A stretch of DNA of 61,495 bases from an uncultured Rhizobium sp. (GCA_964392845.1 CAYMRQ010000002.1:1-61495), one strand, 5' to 3'; counted from the stretch's first letter, positions 8,615 through 18,259 are shown. Notes: generated from the letters alone by a model not told the origin. Program-made: numbers and translations.

Positions 8615-9688
8615 ATGCAATTCGGTCTGTTTGGCAGCGCGACGGCGCGGCGCCCTAATGGATCTGACGCCGCCGAGTTCGACAGCAGCGAGGGGTTTCG
8701 CGACTTCATCGAATACAATGTCGAAGCCGAGGCGCTCGGGTTTCGCAGCACCTTTGTCGTCGAGCACCATTTCACCGGCTATGGCCAGGTGTCGGCGACG
8801 ATCAACCTCCTCACCTGGCTCGGCGCGCGCACGTCAACCCTGCGCCTCGGCACGGCGGTCATCGTCTTACCCTGGCACAACCCGGTGCTGCTCGCCGAGC
8901 AGGCGGCGACGCTCGATCTGTTGTCCGGCGGCCGGCTCGATTTCGGCATCGGCAAGGGCTACCGCTACAACGAGTTCGCCGGGTTTTGCGTGCCGATGGA
9001 CGAGGCCGACGCGCGCTTCGACGAATGCCTCGAGGTCATCGTCAAGGCGTGGACCTCGGACAAGCCGTTCTCGCATCGCGGGCATTATTGGCAATTCGAC
9101 GAGATCGTCGTCGAGCCGCCGACCGCACAGCGGCCGCACCCGCCGATCTGGATGGGTGCGGGCGGCGAAAGCTCGGTGCGCCGGGTCGCGACACGCGGTT
9201 ACAACCTCCTGCTCGGCCAGTATGCGTCGCCCGCCGATGTCGGCCGCTCGATCGCCGCCTACAAGGCCGGGGTCGAGGCCGGCGGGCGGCGCTTCGATCC
9301 GCTGCAAATCGGCGTCACAAGGGCGTTCTTCGTCGCTGACAGCAAAGCCGACAGGGAGGGCGCACTCGAACGCCGGCTCGCCAACCGGGTGCGCCAGCTG
9401 AAGCTCGCGACAAGCCCCGACGGCACCGTGCATGGCGGACCGGATCGCGCCACCGGCGATCCCGATGTGATCAACCGGGGGAGCGCGATGTATGGCAGCC
9501 CGGAGGAGATCGCCGAGAAGCTCGACGAATTGCGCCGCGCCGGGGTCGGCTATGTGCTGGTCAATGGCGGCGGCTCGGGCGGCGGCTCGCGCGGCCGGAC
9601 CAGCCTGCGCCGGTTCGCCGCCGAGGTGATGCCGCACTTCGCCGACGCAGCGCCGGCCCGCGGGATTGGCCAACAGGCGGCGGAATGA
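8615..9688 (+). CDS. LLM-class flavin-dependent oxidoreductase
   Basis: MQFGLFGSA...GFRSTFVVEHHFTGYG...LRLGTAVIVLPWHNPVLLAEQAATLDLLSGGRLDFGIGKGY. Confidence 0.9.
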   Translation: MQFGLFGSATARRPNGSDAAEFDSSEGFRDFIEYNVEAEALGFRSTFVVEHHFTGYGQVSATINLLTWLGARTSTLRLGTAVIVLPWHNPVLLAEQAATLDLLSGGRLDFGIGKGYRYNEFAGFCVPMDEADARFDECLEVIVKAWTSDKPFSHRGHYWQFDEIVVEPPTAQRPHPPIWMGAGGESSVRRVATRGYNLLLGQYASPADVGRSIAAYKAGVEAGGRRFDPLQIGVTRAFFVADSKADREGALERRLANRVRQLKLATSPDGTVHGGPDRATGDPDVINRGSAMYGSPEEIAEKLDELRRAGVGYVLVNGGGSGGGSRGRTSLRRFAAEVMPHFADAAPARGIGQQAAE

Positions 9689-9713
9689 GCCTGGATTTCC
9701 AGGGAGGGACGCG

Positions 9714-10064
9714 ATGCGGATCCACAATCTCTACACCGACGCCAACGGCCAATCGCATTTCCGCGACATCGAGGTCGAATGGATCGAAACCCGGCGCGGC
9801 AGCAAATTGTCGAAGCGCCTGCCGGCGACCGGCGTGATTTTTCGCGAGACCGCGGCCGAGCACAACGTCGACTGGCATCCGGCGCCGCGCCGGCAATACA
9901 TCGTCAACCTCGATGCCGGGGTGAAGATCACCGCGAGCGACGGCGAAAGCCGCTTCATCGCCGCGGGCGAAGTGATCCTGGTCGAGGACACCACCGGCAA
10001 GGGTCACCTCTCGGACCACATCGAGGGCAAGATCCGCCACTCGATCTTCATCCCGATCGAATAG
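9714..10064 (+). CDS. Small cupin-like protein
   Basis: 116 aa from MRIHNLYTDANGQSHFRDIEVEW. Beta-rich, with a GEVILVEDTTGKGH motif. The GGAGGGA RBS lies upstream. Confidence 0.6.
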   Translation: MRIHNLYTDANGQSHFRDIEVEWIETRRGSKLSKRLPATGVIFRETAAEHNVDWHPAPRRQYIVNLDAGVKITASDGESRFIAAGEVILVEDTTGKGHLSDHIEGKIRHSIFIPIE

Positions 10065-10165
10065 GCGCATACCTCCCTCTCCGCCCCGGCTGGATCCACC
10101 GACCGATCGAAGGCGCGCAATATTGGCACGTTGGCTGGCCCGCCGGGGATCTCGGACCGGGCTTC

Positions 10166-10285
10166 GTGCGTCCTTCGAGACGGCCGCTTCGCGGCCTCCT
10201 CAGGATGAGGTAAATCGTTGTTTCCACATATGGATCTTCCTCATCCTGAGGAGCGCCCCGGCGGGGCGCGTCTCGAAGGACGCAC
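10166..10285. repeat. Palindromic REP/MITE-like element, family B (SFETR..GAPQDE type)
   Basis: gtgcgtccttcgagacg...cctcaggatgag / ctcatcctgaggag...cgtctcgaaggacgcac. A second copy lies at 19977-20092. Confidence 0.85.
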
Positions 10286-10320
10286 AACTCTTCCCCTCGG
10301 CGGCGAGGGATTTTCAGGAG

Positions 10321-10749
10321 ATGGCGATGTCGCTCGAAGACCGGCTGGCGATCAGCGATCTGTTCGTGCGCTACGCGACCGCGCTCGACGCCGGCGATGT
10401 CGAGACCGTCGTCGATTGCTTCACCGCCGACGCCGCGCTCGAAAGCCCGGTCATCGGGGTCATCGCCGGGCGCGAGGCGATCCGCGCCTTTGCCGGCCGT
10501 TTCGCCGCGCTGCGCGCGGGCGGCACGCAGTTTCGCCACATGGTCACCAACATCGCCGCCGAGGTTGCGGCCGCGGGCGATCGGGCGCGGGCCACGGCCT
10601 ACCTGCTGGTCTTGATCACCCGGGACGGCAAGAGCCGCCTGCTCCCGCCCGGCCGCTACGAATGCGAGGCGATCAAAGAAGGCGGCGCGTGGCGCTTCAC
10701 CCGCCGCGTCGTCTTCCACGACCACGACTACACGCTGGAGGGGATCTGA
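10321..10749 (+). CDS. SnoaL-like / NTF2-fold protein
   Basis: MAMSLEDRLAISDLFVRYATALDAGDVETVVDCFTADAAL is the typical SnoaL_4/NTF2 N-terminus. A CAGGAG RBS precedes the start. Confidence 0.75.
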   Translation: MAMSLEDRLAISDLFVRYATALDAGDVETVVDCFTADAALESPVIGVIAGREAIRAFAGRFAALRAGGTQFRHMVTNIAAEVAAAGDRARATAYLLVLITRDGKSRLLPPGRYECEAIKEGGAWRFTRRVVFHDHDYTLEGI

Positions 10750-10764
10750 GGCGCCCCCCTCTTG

Positions 10765-10830
10765 TGTCGTCCCGGCGAAGGCCGGGACCTACTTCTGCCG
10801 TGGATACCGGCCTTCGCCGGTATGACAAAT
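10765..10830. repeat. REP-like element, family A (two hairpins)
   Basis: gtcgtcccggcgaaggccgggac ... ataccggccttcgccggtatgac. Confidence 0.8.
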
Positions 10831-10842
10831 TTGTGTGTCGGG

Positions 10843-11835
10843 TCACGGCAATCGCGGCAGGATCTTCTCGGTCAGGAGCATGAAGGTCTCGTGGCTGAGC
10901 GGCGCGCATAGGAGATAGTCGAGGCCGATTTCCTCGCGCAGCCTGATGATCTGGTCGAGCACCGCCTCTGGCGTGCCGTAGAGGATTACGTCGTCGAGAT
11001 AGCGCTGCACCGGATCGGCGCCCGGCGCGGTAGGGTCGGTTACCCCGACCGGGCGGTGCTGCGCGCCAAAATACGAATCGACCATCCATTGCGCGCTGCG
11101 CCGCGCGACCTCGGCGGCCTTGGCGGTGGTGTCGCCCAGCGCCAAGAGCCGCGCCACCGGGAGATCGCGCCCCGCCAGCGAAAACCCGGCGGCCTCCAGC
11201 CGCTCGGCGTAGTATCGCCGCTTGCGCCCGATGTCGCGGGAAGAGGCGTGCGGGTCCATCAGGATCGAGAAGCCGCGCCCCGCCGCCCAGTCGAGCGCCG
11301 ATTCCGAGGTCGCCGCCATCCACACCGGCGGATGCGGGCGCTGCATCGGCTTCGGCAAGACCTCGACATCGTCGAAATGATAATGGCTGCCGGCAAAAGT
11401 GAGCTTTTCCTGCGTCCAGGCGCGCAGCACGATCTCGACCGTCTCGTGAAAGCGCGAGGTGCTTTCTTGCGGAGGCACCCCGAAATTCTCGAACTCGACC
11501 CGGGCGAAGCCGCGCCCGACACCCCAATTGACCCGCCCGCCGGACAAAACGTCGAGCAATGCCACTTCCTCGGCGAGGCGCAGCGGGTGGTAGAACGGCG
11601 CCAGCGACACCCCGGTGCCGATGCGCAGCCGCGTCGTGCGGGCGGCGGCGAGCATCCCCATCATGTGCACCGACGGGCACACGCTGAAGCTGCTGAAATG
11701 ATGCTCGGCGAGCCACACCGCGTCGAACCCGGTACGGTCCATGATCTCGATCCGCTGCAAGGCCCGGGCATAGACCGAGGCGAGATCGACGCGCCGCTCC
11801 GGCCAGCTGAAAAATTGAAGGACCGCGATTTTCAT
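10843..11835 (-). CDS. LLM-class flavin-dependent oxidoreductase
   Basis: MKIAVLQFFSWPE...GFDAVWLAEHHFSSF...LRIGTGVSLAPFYHPLRLAEEVALLDVLSGGRVNWGVGRGF. Confidence 0.9.
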   Translation of the reverse strand: MKIAVLQFFSWPERRVDLASVYARALQRIEIMDRTGFDAVWLAEHHFSSFSVCPSVHMMGMLAAARTTRLRIGTGVSLAPFYHPLRLAEEVALLDVLSGGRVNWGVGRGFARVEFENFGVPPQESTSRFHETVEIVLRAWTQEKLTFAGSHYHFDDVEVLPKPMQRPHPPVWMAATSESALDWAAGRGFSILMDPHASSRDIGRKRRYYAERLEAAGFSLAGRDLPVARLLALGDTTAKAAEVARRSAQWMVDSYFGAQHRPVGVTDPTAPGADPVQRYLDDVILYGTPEAVLDQIIRLREEIGLDYLLCAPLSHETFMLLTEKILPRLP

Positions 11836-11985
11836 GCTCCCGCCTCCACTCGGTCGCCGCGTCACGGCATCGTCAACACAAGCGGGCACATAATCGAATT
11901 GTCAAAGGGCTTGTCCCGGTGTTGACTGGGGCCCCGTTTTGACTGGTCCCCTGGGGGGCGTCCGCGACAGGGGGAGGAATGCCCG

Positions 11986-12747
11986 ATGATGACCGAGCGC
12001 CAGGCGGCGTTCCGCACCGATTACCGCACCCGCATCTCGCCCTGGTATAGCGGGCTCGGCCATGTGGCGGTCATCGCCGCGCTGGGGCTGGCGACGATCT
12101 GGTATTGCGCGCGCAACGTGAACCAGGCGACCCCGCTCGAATGGCTGGTGGTGCCGGCCGCGTTCCTCGCCAGCAACATCTTCGAGTGGGCGATGCACCG
12201 TTTCATCATGCATCGCCCGGTCAAGGGCCTCATGGGCATCTACAAGCGCCATGTCCTGGCGCATCACCAGTTCTTCACCGACCACGAGCCGCGGATCGAT
12301 ACGACGCGCGACTTCCGCATCACCTTCTTCCCACCCTATGCGCTGACCACCTTCATTTGCATGTCGGCGGCGGCCGCGTTGGTGCTCGGCGCCGTGTGGT
12401 CGGCCAATGCCGGCTGGCTCCTGGTCGCGACGACATCAGGCGTCTATCTCAATTACGAGCTGTTCCACTGGAGCTGCCATGTGAAGGACGACCGCATCAT
12501 CCGCCACATCCCGTTCATGAACACGATCCGGCGCCATCACATCGCCCATCACGACCAGGCGATCATGATGGGCACCAACATGAACCTGACCTATCCCTTT
12601 GCCGACTGGCTGTTCGGCACCAGCGATCTCGACCGCGGCCTCTTCGGGCATCTGTTCAACGGCTACGACAGCCGCTTTCGCAAGCAGAACCTGAAAAAGG
12701 CGCGCGCCACCGCAGCCGATTCGCGCCTCGCACCGATCCAGGCGTAA
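11986..12747 (+). CDS. Fatty acid hydroxylase / sterol desaturase superfamily membrane protein
   Basis: Three His boxes: HRFIMHR, HVLAHHQFF, RRHHIAHH. Hydrophobic segments are present. Confidence 0.8.
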   Translation: MMTERQAAFRTDYRTRISPWYSGLGHVAVIAALGLATIWYCARNVNQATPLEWLVVPAAFLASNIFEWAMHRFIMHRPVKGLMGIYKRHVLAHHQFFTDHEPRIDTTRDFRITFFPPYALTTFICMSAAAALVLGAVWSANAGWLLVATTSGVYLNYELFHWSCHVKDDRIIRHIPFMNTIRRHHIAHHDQAIMMGTNMNLTYPFADWLFGTSDLDRGLFGHLFNGYDSRFRKQNLKKARATAADSRLAPIQA

Positions 12748-12752
12748 GCGGG

Positions 12753-12929
12753 ATGGCGGCAACGCACGTCAAGCGCGGACTGCCGTCGCTGATCGGCGGC
12801 ATCTTCAGCGCGATCGTCGCCTTCGTGCTGTGGCTCCTGCTGTTCGGCACCGGCAGTGTGGCGATGATCGCGCTCGGCGCGGTCGTCGCCATCGCGCTCG
12901 GCACCTGGATCCGTCTCGCCGACCTTTGA
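12753..12929 (+). CDS. Small two-TM membrane protein (58 aa)
   Basis: The ATG lies 6 nt after the preceding stop. The product is two hydrophobic helices (LIGGIFSAIVAFVLWLLLF, VAMIALGAVVAIALGTWI). Confidence 0.5.
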   Translation: MAATHVKRGLPSLIGGIFSAIVAFVLWLLLFGTGSVAMIALGAVVAIALGTWIRLADL

Positions 12930-12965
12930 AGCCGGTCGGGCATCGTAGGGTCGGTTGAGCATCGC

Positions 12966-13028
12966 GAAACCCACCATTTCTCGCACGATCCGAAGCCGTG
13001 GTGGGTTACGCTTCGCTAACCCACCCTG
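12966..13028. repeat. REP-like element, family F (aacccacc / ggtgggtt arms)
   Basis: gaaacccaccatttctcgcacgatccgaagccgtggtgggttacgcttcgctaacccaccc. Confidence 0.6.
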
Positions 13029-13093
13029 CGGCAGCCGTCACGCCAGCCAGTGCTTGCGCCGTTTCGCGACGAACGTTCCGGAGGTTTCCCGCG

Positions 13094-13336
13094 ATGCCGA
13101 GGTTTGCCGTGTTGATCATGCTCGGGCTCGCCGCCTGCGCGGTCTTCGATATGGGCCAAGAGACCGAGTTCGGTTCAGGGGAAATGGCGGGCTGGCGGGC
13201 TGTCTCGGGCAAGGCGCCGAGCCGCGCCGAATACGCGGCGATGGTCGCGGCCTGCCAGGGTGGCGCGGTGCAGCGCGCAGTGGCGGCACCGCTCGAGGCC
13301 TGCCTCGCCGATCTCGGGCTCAAGCGCGCGCCATGA
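13094..13336 (+). CDS. Small putative lipoprotein
   Basis: MPRFAVLIMLGLAAC matches a lipobox (L-A-A-C). The product is 80 aa. Confidence 0.55.
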   Translation: MPRFAVLIMLGLAACAVFDMGQETEFGSGEMAGWRAVSGKAPSRAEYAAMVAACQGGAVQRAVAAPLEACLADLGLKRAP

Positions 13337-13364
13337 GCCGGCGCCCGCAACACGGAGACAGGCC

Positions 13365-13958
13365 ATGCTGATCGAAATTCCCGCGCGGCGGGGCAAGGCG
13401 GTGCGCCTGCGGCGCGGCCAGACCGTCCGTGTGATCAATACAGGGGGCCAGCAAGTCGTCGACACCTGGGCGTTCCGCGCCGACGATATCGCCGAGTTCA
13501 TGTCGATGGAGCACAGCCGGGTCGCCATCGGCCGGATCATCCCCGGCATCGGCGACACGCTCGTCACCAACCGCCGGCAGCCGATCCTGACGCTGACCGC
13601 GGACACCTCCGGCGGCATCCACGACACGCTGTTCGCCGCCTGCGACCGCTGGCGCTATGAGCTCCTAGGCTGCATCGGGTACCACGACAACTGCACCGAC
13701 AATCTCGCCGCCGCTCTGTTGGAATTGGGCCTGGTGCCGCCGGAGACGCCGTCGCCGCTCAACCTGTTCATGAACATCCCGGTGATCGACGGCAATCGGG
13801 TCGAGATCCGGCCGCCGGTCAGCACGCCCGGCAGCTATGCGAGCCTCCACGCCGAGACGGACTGCATCGTCGCCTTCTCCGCCTGTCCGCAGGACATCGT
13901 GCCGGTCAACGGGTTGGCATTACAGCCGACCGAGGCACATTTCGAAGTGCTCGATTGA
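13365..13958 (+). CDS. DUF1989 / urea carboxylase-associated family protein
   Basis: IPARRGKAVRLRRGQTVRVINTGGQQVVDTWAF...GDTLVTNRRQPILTLTADTSGGIHDTLFAACD is the characteristic DUF1989 pattern. Confidence 0.75.
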   Translation: MLIEIPARRGKAVRLRRGQTVRVINTGGQQVVDTWAFRADDIAEFMSMEHSRVAIGRIIPGIGDTLVTNRRQPILTLTADTSGGIHDTLFAACDRWRYELLGCIGYHDNCTDNLAAALLELGLVPPETPSPLNLFMNIPVIDGNRVEIRPPVSTPGSYASLHAETDCIVAFSACPQDIVPVNGLALQPTEAHFEVLD

Positions 13959-13961
13959 ACG

Positions 13962-14092
13962 TCACCCCCCACCCCTGCCCTCCCCCGCTTGCGGGGGAGG
14001 GAGTTCCCGCAAATCGTCCCGATGACCCTCCCGCGCAAGCGGGGGAGGGAGGGGCCCGCGCCGCAGGCGTGGGAGGGTGGGGGTCTACCGGC
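13962..14092. repeat. REP/MITE-like element, family C
   Basis: cccccacccctgccctcccccgcttgcgggggagggag ... ccctcccgcgcaagcgggggaggga ... gggagggtggggg. Confidence 0.8.
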
Positions 14093-14103
14093 CGATGCGC
14101 CGG

Positions 14104-14940
14104 CTACTTCAGGTGCTTCTTCATGAAGTCGACGACCGCGGCGTGGGTCGTGTCGGTGTTGCGTTTGGCATTGTCGAAATAGGCGATTTCGATGTCGCCG
14201 CCGGCCTTCCGGTAGTTGCTGACGAACCGCTCGGGCTCGTTGCCGGCGAAGCCGCCGTCGGGGTCGTGATAATCATGCACCTCGTCGGGCCGACCCTGAT
14301 GCCACAACGCCGGCGGCATCACGACCTTCTCGCCCTTTTCGAGGATCAGCATCGGGTTGCCCTCGGTCATCTCGGCCTCGGTGTGCCAATAGGTGTCGTG
14401 CTTTTCCTTCATGCCGATCGTGAATTGCGGCGGGTTGGCCTCCTTCGACCGGCGGATCGCGTTCCTATAGCGCGACAGCGGGTTGATCACCGGCCACTGC
14501 ATCACGACGCCCTTGACGCTGGCATCGACCCCGGCGGGACCCGGAATCGCGGCATAGCGCGGGTCGTTGGGGCGCATCGCCACCAGCATCGCCAGATGGC
14601 CGCCGCTCGAGGCGCCGCCGATCACCACCTGATTGGGATTGACCTTCAGCTCCTTGGCATGCGCCTTGGTCCAGCGGATGCCGTAATTGATGTCGGCGCA
14701 CGAAGTTGGATAACCGTCGGCGGCATGGCGGAAATTCAAGGTCACCATGACCGTGCCGCGCTGCGCCAGGTATTCGCCGAGCCCGGTGCGGTCGGCGAGG
14801 TCGCCATTGTTCCAGGCGCCGCCATGCAGGTCGATATAGCACGGGAACGGCCCGGCGCCTTCCGGCTTGAATACCCGCGCCATGATCTGGCGCTCACCGT
14901 GCTTCACATAGCAGACGTTTTCGGTGGTGAATTGAGGCAT
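14104..14940 (-). CDS. Alpha/beta hydrolase (esterase/lipase, HGG + GxSxG type)
   Basis: IDLHGGAW oxyanion motif and the nucleophile elbow GGASSGGH. Start at MPQFTT has a GGAGGAAC RBS. Confidence 0.85.
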   Translation of the reverse strand: MPQFTTENVCYVKHGERQIMARVFKPEGAGPFPCYIDLHGGAWNNGDLADRTGLGEYLAQRGTVMVTLNFRHAADGYPTSCADINYGIRWTKAHAKELKVNPNQVVIGGASSGGHLAMLVAMRPNDPRYAAIPGPAGVDASVKGVVMQWPVINPLSRYRNAIRRSKEANPPQFTIGMKEKHDTYWHTEAEMTEGNPMLILEKGEKVVMPPALWHQGRPDEVHDYHDPDGGFAGNEPERFVSNYRKAGGDIEIAYFDNAKRNTDTTHAAVVDFMKKHLK

Positions 14941-15045
14941 CGTCTCGGTTCCTCCCTGGATCGCGCCCCGAGGCGCTCGCATGATCGCGACCGACACCGT
15001 ACCCCGCGCGCGGCGGCGGGGCCAATGCGAAAATTACCGCGCAGC

Positions 15046-15125
15046 GGTATCCCGGCGAAGGCCGGGACCCATTGTTCCACCTCTCGGGCGCCGAAAGGTG
15101 GATCCCGGCTTTCGCCGGGAAATGC
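15046..15125. repeat. REP-like element, family A (two hairpins)
   Basis: tatcccggcgaaggccgggac ... ggatcccggctttcgccgggaaatg. Confidence 0.8.
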
Positions 15126-15208
15126 GGGTGTAGGGAGGAGAATTTCCTGGTCAGGACAGGAAGCGCAAACGCGCTAAGATAGGCAAAGCTTCACGGGAGG
15201 ACGCGACA

Positions 15209-16303
15209 ATGATGCGCTCATGGATCCATTTCACCCGCGGCCGCTTCGTGCGCCAGGCGCGGATCGGGCTCGACGAAGCGAAGCTCAAGGAGGAGCATCT
15301 GAGCCGGCAGGGCTTTGCCGGGCCGGTGGCGATGCTCTACCGCACCGATGGGCCGAACGAGGTCGTCCGCATCGAGGGCGACTACCGGCCGCGCGCGGTG
15401 GACAGCGCCGATGTCGTCGCGCCCGACGCCGATGACCCGCGCGGCGGCTGGCAGACCCTCTTGGCGAACCAGGATGTCGCGGTCGCGATCAGCCGGCGGC
15501 ATCAGGCGATGCCCTATTGCTACCGCGACATGGTCGGCGACCTCCTCTATTTCGTGCATCGCGGCCGCGGCACCTTCGCGACCGAGTTCGGCCCGATCGC
15601 CTACGAGCCCGGCGACTGGGTGTTTTTGCCGAAAGCGACGACCTTCCAACAGTTGCCCGATCCGGGCGACAGCCTCTTACTGGTCGTCGAGTCGCCAACG
15701 CCGATCCGCCTCGCCGAGCACGAGAATGTCGGCCGCCACACCCCGATCGATCCGACGATGCTCGACGTGCCGGACGTCGCCGATTACCGCCGCGCGCCGC
15801 AGAGCGAATACGAGGTGCGCATGAAGCACGAGGGCGGCCACAGCTCGATCTTCTACAAGAACGATCCCTTGAAGGTGGTCGGCTGGAAGGGCGATCTCTT
15901 CCCGTTCAAGTTCAATGTCCGGCACATCCTGCCGATCATGTCCGACCGGATTCACATCCCGCCCTCGTCATGGGTGACCTTCGAGGCGCCGGGCTTCTGC
16001 ATATTGACCATCCCGCCCCAAATCGCGGTGTCCGACATGCAATCGGAGGAATTGCCCTCCTATCACCGCAACATCGACATGGACGAAGTGATGCTGGGCC
16101 ACGCCGACACCGACCCCTCCGGCCGCCGCCCCGGCATGTTCCGGCATACCCCGCAAGGCATCCTGCACGGCGCCACCGAAGCCTACCGCGCCGAATTCCA
16201 GAAGAAACGCAAGCCGGGGACGCACCGCACCGCGACGATGGTCGGGGTCGACACCTACCGCCCGCTCAATGTGGCGCCGGAATTCGCCCGCATGGCGGGG
16301 TAG
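15209..16303 (+). CDS. Homogentisate 1,2-dioxygenase-like cupin protein
   Basis: 364 aa. The N-terminal EHLSRQGFAGPVAMLYR and the cupin core DLLYFVHRGRGTFATEFGPIAYEPGDWVFLPK resemble the HgmA-like family. The call is at family level only. Confidence 0.6.
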   Translation: MMRSWIHFTRGRFVRQARIGLDEAKLKEEHLSRQGFAGPVAMLYRTDGPNEVVRIEGDYRPRAVDSADVVAPDADDPRGGWQTLLANQDVAVAISRRHQAMPYCYRDMVGDLLYFVHRGRGTFATEFGPIAYEPGDWVFLPKATTFQQLPDPGDSLLLVVESPTPIRLAEHENVGRHTPIDPTMLDVPDVADYRRAPQSEYEVRMKHEGGHSSIFYKNDPLKVVGWKGDLFPFKFNVRHILPIMSDRIHIPPSSWVTFEAPGFCILTIPPQIAVSDMQSEELPSYHRNIDMDEVMLGHADTDPSGRRPGMFRHTPQGILHGATEAYRAEFQKKRKPGTHRTATMVGVDTYRPLNVAPEFARMAG

Positions 16304-16319
16304 CAGATCGAGGTCAGAC

Positions 16320-16601
16320 ATGAACGACAGAGGGAGCCTGGAATGGGAGGCAGAATTCGTGGAGGCTGGAGCGGCCCTAGAGCATGAGCGGTGGGCACGT
16401 TGGCAATCTTATCTATTTAGTAGGTGTACCCAAAACCAAGATGGCTCGCTCACTATAAGTCGCGAAGATGCAGAGCATTGGAAACGTCAACTCGCTACGC
16501 CCTATGAGGATTTATCCGATGCGGAAAAAGAGAGCGATCGAAAGGAAAGCAGGTTATATCTGCCTCTTGTGAGGGCAGCGCTATCACGTGCGCGAGATTA
16601 G
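16320..16601 (+). CDS. Small hypothetical protein with a weak RyR-domain-like motif
   Basis: First gene of the lower-GC islet. LEHERWARWQSY ... ATPYEDLSDAEKESDRKES resembles the E-x-W-A / P-Y-x-x-L-x-x-x-E-K-x-x-D-R pattern of bacterial RyR-like domains. Confidence 0.5.
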   Translation: MNDRGSLEWEAEFVEAGAALEHERWARWQSYLFSRCTQNQDGSLTISREDAEHWKRQLATPYEDLSDAEKESDRKESRLYLPLVRAALSRARD

Positions 16602-16614
16602 AAATATTCGAGGG

Positions 16615-17601
16615 TTATATTCGGGCGAGTTCAGCTAACTTCCGATAATGAGCTCCTAACGCGGTGAGTCGGCATGCTTTGGAATTGATAGCGGCATGGT
16701 ACATATGTTCCGCTTCGACAGGGACGACGAGCCCATGCCGGTTGCACATTTGCAATTCCTTGAAGATCCGTACGTGGGCCGCATCAACCGGTATGTGAGC
16801 GAGGTCAGGAAGGTTCGCGCGATCCTCCTCATACGAAGGATCTAACCTAAATACGAAAGCCGGTTCGGGGAAGTAGTTTGGCAGCCGCCGCAATGCATCT
16901 AGGGGGACTTTGGGCGTGACCTCACGCAATGTGACGAAGGTCTGGACATTCGCCTTGTAGACGGGCCGCTGTTCCCATGGCCCGAGGGTTTGGTCGATAT
17001 GGGAGTAGACTGAAGCGGGAGTAATGCGGCCGCATACGTCAGCCGCGCCTCCCTCCAAGCCGTCAAGCAATAGGCTCGTGAATAAGCCATGCCCATCCGC
17101 TTCAGCGGCGGTGCCCTCCCGGTGACAGGCAGTAAGGATGGTTACGCCTGCACCCACCATGGAGACATCCGTGCGACCTAAGCCCGATACTTCTCCCGCG
17201 TACCCAGCTTGGCAACTATCGAGTATGATGACCGAGGACTTGATCTGGGGGTGTGCTGTGTTGGCTCGGTCGAGTAGTTCGCTGAGCGGCGTGCCCCATG
17301 TCGGCTTAGAGCCATCCTGCATGATGATGTAGCCGGCATTCGTAGTCTCGTTGACAATTCCATGTCCAGCAAAGAAAAGCAGTGCAATGTCAGCGTCTCC
17401 TTTGAACAGGTTATCAAGCGCGTCGTGGACGAGAGCCGTCGTAACCTGCACCCTATCAGAAGTGAGAAGGCGCACTGCAAAATTGGGTGAGCCGTCTCCG
17501 TTCTCTTCGAGTATCTTCGCGACCGCGGTCGCATCGTTCACACAACCCTGCAGCGGCATCGTCGGGTAGTTATCTATCCCAACTACAAGCGCGCGTTTCA
17601 T
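16615..17601 (-). CDS. Caspase-like (peptidase C14) protein with an uncharacterised ~130-aa C-terminal domain
   Basis: MKRALVVGIDNYP...LQGCVNDA, a His in LLFFAGHGIV and a Cys in VIILDSCQAGYAG form the canonical caspase/metacaspase His-Cys dyad context. The gene is lower in GC than its flanks. Confidence 0.85.
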   Translation of the reverse strand: MKRALVVGIDNYPTMPLQGCVNDATAVAKILEENGDGSPNFAVRLLTSDRVQVTTALVHDALDNLFKGDADIALLFFAGHGIVNETTNAGYIIMQDGSKPTWGTPLSELLDRANTAHPQIKSSVIILDSCQAGYAGEVSGLGRTDVSMVGAGVTILTACHREGTAAEADGHGLFTSLLLDGLEGGAADVCGRITPASVYSHIDQTLGPWEQRPVYKANVQTFVTLREVTPKVPLDALRRLPNYFPEPAFVFRLDPSYEEDRANLPDLAHIPVDAAHVRIFKELQMCNRHGLVVPVEAEHMYHAAINSKACRLTALGAHYRKLAELARI

Positions 17602-17604
17602 GCG

Positions 17605-17994
17605 TCACCGAGCGCCGCCGATTAGGCTTTTGAGGTTATCCCATGCCCATCTGTATAGCTTGTCGCTTGTCTTTGCGGCCGTGGGTTTAGTGCAACTCTT
17701 GTCTGCATACCCCTTTAGGAGAAAATAAGGAACCTTCTCTTCCTGCGCGATTTTAACCTCGGCGCTCACACCGGCGGCTGTGTGCGTGTGCTGCCCGCAC
17801 AAGACGGCAACGACATCGACAGACCTGATGCGGGTGCGTGCCTTCTTTTTCCAATCCTCGGAAATTGCTTCCTTTATCGACCAATCAGCCAACTCGAATG
17901 GGCTATCCGAATGCTTTGCTTGGCCAACCAAAAGATGCTTCAAGCTTTCGTCGTGATCGTAGTCGAAGCTTACAAAGACGCGGCTCTTAGCCAT
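17605..17994 (-). CDS. TIR-like domain protein (DUF1863 / ThsB-like)
   Basis: 129 aa from ATG 17994 with a GAAGGAG RBS. SRVFVSFDYDHDESLK ... VVAVLCGQHTHTAAGVSAEVKIAQEEKVPYFLL matches the MTH538 TIR-like pattern, including a candidate catalytic Glu. Its stop is 3 nt before the caspase start. Confidence 0.75.
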   Translation of the reverse strand: MAKSRVFVSFDYDHDESLKHLLVGQAKHSDSPFELADWSIKEAISEDWKKKARTRIRSVDVVAVLCGQHTHTAAGVSAEVKIAQEEKVPYFLLKGYADKSCTKPTAAKTSDKLYRWAWDNLKSLIGGAR

Positions 17995-18259
17995 AGGGGG
18001 AACTCCTTCGAATCGACACGCTCTTAGATGATGCAGCAGTCCCGTGACCAATCCCAATCACGGGTGCCGTTGCGACCGTCCGGAACGCGAGCGATGCGGA
18101 TATTGCCCCCCAGCGTGTAGATGTCCAGCCCGCGACGCTTCGCCTCAGCAGCATGGCGTATGCTATTGATTTAAAAAAGCCTGAGCTCACGATGGTTAAT
18201 TTTTCCCCGGCTAATTCCCCCATCTGTCTCGAATTGCCGACGCTCGATTCGCAGCACGT

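Noticed and set aside
10697-11716. 339-aa minus-strand ORF and 289-aa plus-strand ORF (11056-11925) overlapping the LLM gene at 10843-11835
   Set aside because: These are alternate-frame and antisense ORFs with Arg/Gly/Ala-rich products. The LLM frame carries the family signature motifs.
17987-18223. 78-aa minus-strand ORF upstream of the TIR-like gene as a possible third operon member
   Set aside because: It overlaps the TIR gene RBS and start, has no RBS of its own, and has a Ser/Ala/Arg-rich composition. An alternate frame encodes a start-less 45-aa stretch (..AEAKRRGLDIYTLGGNIRIARVPDG..) that may be a gene remnant, but I cannot support either as a feature.
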